Source: a virus (Duplodnaviria; Caudoviricetes). From it: a stretch of DNA of 60,096 bases. Position 1 is the stretch's first letter, and each line of letters begins with the position of its first letter. The translations under genes and the position numbers were made by a program. Shown here in pieces: positions 54,395-60,096 of the stretch. Under the pieces are notes generated by a model. It made no database searches. It was not told where the DNA came from and saw only the letters and a list, made by a program, of their open reading frames with translations. The stretch is taken from positions 1-60,096 of IMG/VR virus record IMGVR_UViG_3300020450_000024. The stretch is one strand, 5' to 3'.

Positions 54395-55274
54395 ACTTTT
54401 CGTTTTTGGTTGTAGTTTTACTATGTATGCGTGGCCTACGTATGCAGATTTCTTAGGATACGAATTCGATCATTATGAGAACTGGGGATTTCCTGGTCTA
54501 GGTAACCGTGCAATAGCAGAAAGAGTTGCCGAATGTCACATAAAAAATAACTTTACAGAAGATGATACAATAATTGTGCAGTGGAGTACGCACATTAGAA
54601 ATGATTGGCACACGTTTAAGAGAAGTAACCTACAACGTGGAGATGCTATTAGAAATACAGAAGACATTGGTTGGAAAACAAAAGGCAGTATTTTTAATTA
54701 CATGAATAGAGAAAATTGTTATGATGACAAATGGATAGAAACTTTTTGGGACGAGCATAGTTATTTTATGCATGGACAAAATGCAATAATACTTACGCAA
54801 GGATTATTAGAAAGTACACATTGCACTTATAGAATGTTAAGCATAGGTGATATGGAAAAGTTAGGAACAGATATGCCCGACTTTCCTGGCTTCGGAGAAA
54901 CTACACAAAAGGAAGTTGATGTTTACAAAGACAAAACAGAATTACAAGTATATAAAAATATAGATAAATCTAAATGGTTAGAACCATTAGGTTTGTTTGC
55001 ATGGAAAAATAAAGAAAAACAATACACGTTTTATGACCCTAATAGCAAAAAAGATTGGGTTGAAATGCACCCTAGTCATTGGCAACATTACAAATATTTA
55101 AATGAAGTAGTTCGTCCAAGTTTGGGTCTTAAAGACAAAAATAACGATAAACAAGTTAGTACACTTAATACTTTAGATAAACTAAAAGATGAACATAAGG
55201 ACCTTTTAAGTTTTGAAAAAGGCATTTTAGAGAATATAGTTGAATATAAGCATATAGGATATTTAGGATTTTAA
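54375..55274 (+). CDS. SGNH/GDSL-like hydrolase or acyltransferase
   Basis: FVFGCSFT (block I), NWGFPGLGN (block II), IIVQWS, and C-terminal MHPS..H; start taken at the internal ATG. Confidence 0.6.
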   Translation: MTKRKSRLFVFGCSFTMYAWPTYADFLGYEFDHYENWGFPGLGNRAIAERVAECHIKNNFTEDDTIIVQWSTHIRNDWHTFKRSNLQRGDAIRNTEDIGWKTKGSIFNYMNRENCYDDKWIETFWDEHSYFMHGQNAIILTQGLLESTHCTYRMLSIGDMEKLGTDMPDFPGFGETTQKEVDVYKDKTELQVYKNIDKSKWLEPLGLFAWKNKEKQYTFYDPNSKKDWVEMHPSHWQHYKYLNEVVRPSLGLKDKNNDKQVSTLNTLDKLKDEHKDLLSFEKGILENIVEYKHIGYLGF

Positions 55275-55275
55275 T

Positions 55276-57090
55276 ATGAAAAAACCAAGTCAGTGGATTG
55301 CCGCAATAGCCAGAGGACACAACGCAGGAGTTTGTTTACTTAAAGATGGCAAAGTTATATTTTCTATAGAAGAAGAAAGATTAAGTAGACACAAATACGA
55401 TGGTGGTCCATATGCGTCTATGATGAAAATATTAGATTACACAGATAAATTAGATTATCTTGTAGTAGCACATACACAAACATTAGATGCAACAGCAGGT
55501 AGAGTAGACTTTACTGGTGATGATGTTTACACAGGACTTGCACGTAAGATGGGATTAATTGATAGAAATCCTAAATTGCTACCTAAACATCCACAGGTTG
55601 TTGACCTAAGTTATTTTCACCATAAATTACACGCCGCTTTAAGTTTTTATAATAGTGGATTCGAAGATGCAGTTGCAGTAATTGTTGATGGAGCAGGAAC
55701 TTTCTTTAATGCTAACATGGGTGGCGATCCTAATGACAGTGTTACACTTTGGGAAACAGAATCTATTTTTGATTGTCAGTATCCTGTAGACTTTAAAACT
55801 TTATACAAACATTTAGGAACAACAGGTCCATTATTAGGAGCAGAATATCAAAACTTTAGTGGAGATTTTTTTGCAGAAAAAGACAACGTTCCTGAAATAG
55901 TAATTAGTGAAACAGCAGGAATAGTAAAAACATACGAAGCAGTAACAGATTATTGTGGATTTAGTTTTATTGAAGCAGGAAAAACTATGGGATTGTTTCC
56001 ATATGGTGAACATCCTAAAGAAGTTCCTTCGTTGTTTACAAAAGGACAAACACATCCATTGAGTGATAGAAATGTTATTGTGCCAACTTATCCTAATGGT
56101 GCATTAGTAAATAGAAATTATTTTGAATTTTTAAGAGACAGACATGACCAAGATGAAGATGTAACAAAATTAAAGAATCGTAGAGATATGGCTTTTGCTG
56201 TACAAACACAAACACAAGAACAAGTTACAAATTTAATTAGAAAAGCAGTAGCAATGAGTGGTAAAAAGAATGTTGTATTAAGTGGAGGTTATGGACTTAA
56301 CTGTGTTGCAAATTATCATTACTTAGAAGCACTAAAAAATGAAGGAATTAATTTGTATGTCGAACCTGTTTCTAATGATGCAGGAACGGCCATGGGTGCG
56401 GCATTATTACAATACAGAACAATAACAAGAGATAGAACAGTAAATCAACAAGTTGATACACTATATAATGGACCAACTTACACATATGACGAAAACCAAT
56501 TTAAAGAACTAGCAGAAAAATACGAAGCAAAAATAGATGACGAAATAGAAAACGATTCAGTAGTAGAATTAATTAGAAATAAAAATATAGTTGCTATTTT
56601 CCAAGGCGGAAGTGAAAACGGACCACGTGCATTAGGTAACAGAAGTTTACTATTTGATCCATCATATGAAGATGGTAAAGATTATGTAAACAAAGTAAAA
56701 CGTAGAGAATATTTTAGACCATTTGCAGGAACAATATTAGAAGAAGATGCTCATGAATGGTTTGATTTACGGGGTATGAAAAATTCTCCAACTATGATGT
56801 ATGCAGTAAATTGTCAACCTGGCATTGCAGAAAAAATACCAAGCATAATTCACGTTGATGGTACTTGTAGAATACAAACAGTTAGTGAAAAACAGAACAA
56901 AAATTACTATGATTTAATCAAAGCATTTAAGGAAAAAACTGGACTTCCTATTGTTTTTAACACTTCCTTTAATTTAGGTGGTGATCCATTGGTTGAAACA
57001 CTGGAAGATGCACTGCATACCCTAGCAAAAAGCGACATAGAGTACCTATATTTGCCCGAATACAAGACATTGTTTACAATTTCTAACTAG
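55276..57090 (+). CDS. O-carbamoyltransferase (NodU/CmcH/TobZ family)
   Basis: EEERLSRHK, HHKLHA, VDGAG, AGKTMGL, GGYGLNCVAN, GPRALGNRS, KRREYFRPFA, HVDGTCRIQTV, NTSFN. Confidence 0.93.
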   Translation: MKKPSQWIAAIARGHNAGVCLLKDGKVIFSIEEERLSRHKYDGGPYASMMKILDYTDKLDYLVVAHTQTLDATAGRVDFTGDDVYTGLARKMGLIDRNPKLLPKHPQVVDLSYFHHKLHAALSFYNSGFEDAVAVIVDGAGTFFNANMGGDPNDSVTLWETESIFDCQYPVDFKTLYKHLGTTGPLLGAEYQNFSGDFFAEKDNVPEIVISETAGIVKTYEAVTDYCGFSFIEAGKTMGLFPYGEHPKEVPSLFTKGQTHPLSDRNVIVPTYPNGALVNRNYFEFLRDRHDQDEDVTKLKNRRDMAFAVQTQTQEQVTNLIRKAVAMSGKKNVVLSGGYGLNCVANYHYLEALKNEGINLYVEPVSNDAGTAMGAALLQYRTITRDRTVNQQVDTLYNGPTYTYDENQFKELAEKYEAKIDDEIENDSVVELIRNKNIVAIFQGGSENGPRALGNRSLLFDPSYEDGKDYVNKVKRREYFRPFAGTILEEDAHEWFDLRGMKNSPTMMYAVNCQPGIAEKIPSIIHVDGTCRIQTVSEKQNKNYYDLIKAFKEKTGLPIVFNTSFNLGGDPLVETLEDALHTLAKSDIEYLYLPEYKTLFTISN

Positions 57091-57103
57091 ACTGCTTTTC
57101 CGA

Positions 57104-57109
57104 TAAATA
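57104..57109 (+). promoter_or_regulatory. Late promoter (CGATAAATA)
   Basis: Intergenic TAAATA before 57129; another copy at 57561-57566 before 57588. Confidence 0.65.
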
Positions 57110-57128
57110 CATACATAAAGGGGTATTA

Positions 57129-57548
57129 ATGTTTAGTTTAGATAAGTTTTTTGGCAAGGGCACTAAAGGTACAGTTTTACTTAAAAACGGTACAAATTTT
57201 AGTTATCACGGTCCCTGGAAAAAAGTTACACAAAATACTGAAATAGATAGATTCTTAGTCAATGATTTCTGTGCCGCAGAGTACACAATAGTCATTGATT
57301 TATCATCAAGTGCTAAAGAAATAATAAAAGCACTTGTGGTAGCAGGTCCTAATGATGCAAATGTTACTATATATGGTAGATCAAACCTTAATCAAGACTT
57401 ACTTACGTTAACTGCAACTGTAAATGATTCAACTGTTTCATTGATTGCAAATGCACATACATCGTCAGATAGTTCAGAATTACGCGGATCAAAGATTATA
57501 TTTTCAGCAAATTATTATCAAAACCAAAATATACCAGTAGCAGGGTGA
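57129..57548 (+). CDS. Virion structural protein (beta-rich)
   Basis: IDRF....AAEYTI...KEIIKALV...ANVTIYG pattern typical of T4-like fibre-associated modules. Confidence 0.55.
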   Translation: MFSLDKFFGKGTKGTVLLKNGTNFSYHGPWKKVTQNTEIDRFLVNDFCAAEYTIVIDLSSSAKEIIKALVVAGPNDANVTIYGRSNLNQDLLTLTATVNDSTVSLIANAHTSSDSSELRGSKIIFSANYYQNQNIPVAG

Positions 57549-57587
57549 AAGAGATTCAGATAAATATGATTAGTTGGAGAGAAAAGC

Positions 57588-58631
57588 ATGGCAATTAGTT
57601 ACAATCCCTTTGAATCAGATTACGGTTTTAAAAGTCCAGGCTTTTCTGTAGACATTAACGGAAATGTTACTCTTAGAAGTGTTACATATACATTAGAACA
57701 AGAAGAAGCGGCAGTTGATAATCAATTTATTGTTAGACAATTAGGTGCTGTTCCTTCAGCAGAATTTACTATAGATAATCAATATGTCGAAGGAACAGAA
57801 GACGTATTAGAAAATAATCCAACTCTTACATTAACACGAGGTACAACTTATTCATTTAAACTAATGACGTTACCTCAACTTACATTTAGTTTATTTTTTA
57901 AATCAGATGACAACCCTATTGTGAATTTAAGTGGCATAGGAAACTGTGCTTACTACAATGATGGTGTAAGTCATACTACAAGCGGCGAACCAGCAGTTAC
58001 TACAACAGGCGAACAAGCACAAACAAAAGCAAATGATGTAATGACACTTAATTTAAGTCCAACTGCACCTGCACAAATTTTTTATGGAAACGCAGATGGA
58101 AGTGTGTTTGGTACAATTAACACTGTTGACCCTACTATAACTGGTGTAGGTAGTTTTAGTAGTTTGCTAGTAACAGGTGATGTTACTATGCAAGGTCAAG
58201 ATGCAGATTTAGTATTTTCACCACAAGGCGCATATGGTACTGTAACAATTAATCCAGCAGGTGAAGGTACTATGAGTAACATGAATGTAAACGCATTAAC
58301 AATGACTGCTAGTGAAAATGTTACATTTAATGGTGCAAATGCTAATCTAATACTTGCTCCAACCGGTACAGGTGCTATAACACTTACTAGTTCAGCCGCA
58401 GGCACAATTAACAATATGAGCATAGGACAAACCACTCCTAAAGATGGTTCGTTCTTAAACTTAAATGCCAGTTCTGGGTTAAATAACACTGTAATTGGAG
58501 ATGTAACACCCAAGAATGCTACGTTTACATCAGCAGTTGCACAATCGACTCCAACAACGGAGTTACAGGTAACAAATAAAAAGTATGTTGACAGTAAGGC
58601 AACCGCACTAGCGATTGCATTAGGAGTATAA
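57588..58631 (+). CDS. Virion structural/fibre protein
   Basis: NPTLTLTRGTTYSF module; INNMSIGQTTP repeats; TNKKYVD..ALAIALG C-terminus. Confidence 0.65.
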   Translation: MAISYNPFESDYGFKSPGFSVDINGNVTLRSVTYTLEQEEAAVDNQFIVRQLGAVPSAEFTIDNQYVEGTEDVLENNPTLTLTRGTTYSFKLMTLPQLTFSLFFKSDDNPIVNLSGIGNCAYYNDGVSHTTSGEPAVTTTGEQAQTKANDVMTLNLSPTAPAQIFYGNADGSVFGTINTVDPTITGVGSFSSLLVTGDVTMQGQDADLVFSPQGAYGTVTINPAGEGTMSNMNVNALTMTASENVTFNGANANLILAPTGTGAITLTSSAAGTINNMSIGQTTPKDGSFLNLNASSGLNNTVIGDVTPKNATFTSAVAQSTPTTELQVTNKKYVDSKATALAIALGV

Positions 58632-58637
58632 AAGTAA

Positions 58638-60096
58638 ATGGCTAAAAGAAAACTTAATGAATACGTATTCCAAACAGGTATTCCATTTTCTGGTAATAGA
58701 CGTCCTAATGCGTACTATCTAATTCAGAACAATGTTGAATTTATTAAAGATGAAGTACGTGCTTACATTAATGATAACATAACTAGATCATCTGCAACAC
58801 ATACGTTTTCACCTACAAATGCTACATACGATCCAACTACTGGATTAATGGTAGTAACGATTGGTGCACATAATTTATTACCAGGTGACCAAGTAGAGTT
58901 TGCTACAGGTTCTATTACATTTACAACTGCCCAAGACGGTGGTGCAACTCAATATGCTTATCCAAGAGCAACAGGTGCCGGTACAACAACAGGTTGGGAT
59001 CCATGGTATAATAGACCTGTTGTAATTACAGCAACTGATTCTACAACAATTACTTGTAAAGTTGGAAAAACATTAAACCAAACTGAACACACTTTTGTAA
59101 GTGCTACTGCAAGTTCAATTGTTAATACATTTAAAGATTATGTAAATGATAGTAATGATAAATGTGAAAGAGATATGGGTTACAACCTTATTGGAGGCGA
59201 CCCAAAAAATCCTGTACAAAATCAACCAGGCGGTTTATTATATGATTTAAGATACAACGGTAATGAACAAGGTAGATATCTTGCTTCAACATATTGGGAC
59301 GGAACTATTCCACAGATTGATGGTGATAGAAATCCTGAACGTGCGGCAAAACAATTTTGTACTTGGCTTATTCAAACTCATATATTAACAAACGTTGCAT
59401 ACACTACAAAACAAAGTCCAGTTGATACTACACAACATATTAATGAAGAATATGTTACTGAAGCAGATGCAGGTGCAAAGGTTGAAGAAATTTTAGATGA
59501 TATAATCGGAAACGTAATTTATTTTGGACTAGATAATATTCCAGCATTAGCCAATGCACAAGTTTCAAGTGTAAGATTCCCAACTAAAGTAACTTTAGAT
59601 AACGTGCTTTTAATTACAAACACTTCTACTAACGAAGTGCTGTTTAATTTTAGTGATCCAACAGCAGGTGGTGATACTCAGTATGTTACAAATTCAATTG
59701 AATTTACTCCTGGGTTTGAATATTTTAGAAAATTTTTAGAAAATACTGATACTATTACAACAGTATTTTTTGATAAGTCAACTGAAAATAGAACTTATCT
59801 TACAAACGCAAGAAAATTAATCTCAGATAATAAAGAATTTATTAAAGATGAAGCAGTTGCTTGGCTACAAGATAAAGTTGCTAACGCAACAGGTGGATCA
59901 ACTTTTGATGGATATACTTTTACAAATGCATTAGTTGAAAGAGATACAGGATCTGAGATAGATGGTTTCCTTCATGATATGCAATATGGCGGAAATGAAA
60001 AGACAAGATTACAAGGAAGTAAATTCTGGGATGGTCCTACTCCGCTTATATCAGGAACAAGAATTGCAGAAAAAGAATTAAAAGAATTTGTAAGAG
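58638..60096 (+). CDS. Large virion structural protein, partial (runs off the right edge)
   Basis: Not in the ORF track. MAKRKLNEYVF...NVEFIKDEV...TNATYDPTTGLMVVTIGAH...KCERDMG...; still in frame at the window end; shares modules with 42506. Confidence 0.8.
   Translation, partial: MAKRKLNEYVFQTGIPFSGNRRPNAYYLIQNNVEFIKDEVRAYINDNITRSSATHTFSPTNATYDPTTGLMVVTIGAHNLLPGDQVEFATGSITFTTAQDGGATQYAYPRATGAGTTTGWDPWYNRPVVITATDSTTITCKVGKTLNQTEHTFVSATASSIVNTFKDYVNDSNDKCERDMGYNLIGGDPKNPVQNQPGGLLYDLRYNGNEQGRYLASTYWDGTIPQIDGDRNPERAAKQFCTWLIQTHILTNVAYTTKQSPVDTTQHINEEYVTEADAGAKVEEILDDIIGNVIYFGLDNIPALANAQVSSVRFPTKVTLDNVLLITNTSTNEVLFNFSDPTAGGDTQYVTNSIEFTPGFEYFRKFLENTDTITTVFFDKSTENRTYLTNARKLISDNKEFIKDEAVAWLQDKVANATGGSTFDGYTFTNALVERDTGSEIDGFLHDMQYGGNEKTRLQGSKFWDGPTPLISGTRIAEKELKEFVR

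Noticed and set aside
1-60096. CRISPR array, DGR template/variable repeats, or invertible fibre cassettes
   Set aside because: No regularly spaced non-coding repeats, reverse transcriptase or recombinase. Paralogues differ at synonymous sites generally, not only at adenines.
1-60096. Stop-codon reassignment or inteins/introns in core genes
   Set aside because: Core genes are full-length in the standard code; TAA, TAG and TGA all terminate genes; no intein motifs noticed.

Overview
This is an AT-rich segment of a large T4-like myovirus genome (uncultured-type, host not identifiable from this window), read in the standard genetic code. It carries a minus-strand baseplate block (gp5-, hub-, gp53- and tube-like), the gp55 late sigma factor, gp47/gp46, a SufE gene, a minimal GIY-YIG nuclease, gp26/gp51, tape measure, the head operon (gp20, gp21, gp22, gp23), about 25 kb of paralogous fibre/structural genes, three Cys/Gly-rich fibre-tip paralogues with two fibre chaperones, and an enzyme cassette (nitrilase, GT9-like, SGNH-like, carbamoyltransferase). 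The main non-obvious signals are: (1) a ~410-nt densely base-paired, pseudoknotted non-coding element that starts at the stop codon of the DNA-binding-domain-less GIY-YIG gene; (2) a second ~230-nt closed multibranch ncRNA with its own sigma70 promoter right after gp23; (3) an unannotated -1 frameshift signal fusing gp26 to gp51; (4) leaderless late genes (TAA[A/G]TA-N5-ATG); (5) strong GCWGC, and probably AGCT, avoidance. All family assignments come from motif recognition by eye and all RNA structures from manual pairing; no searches were run.
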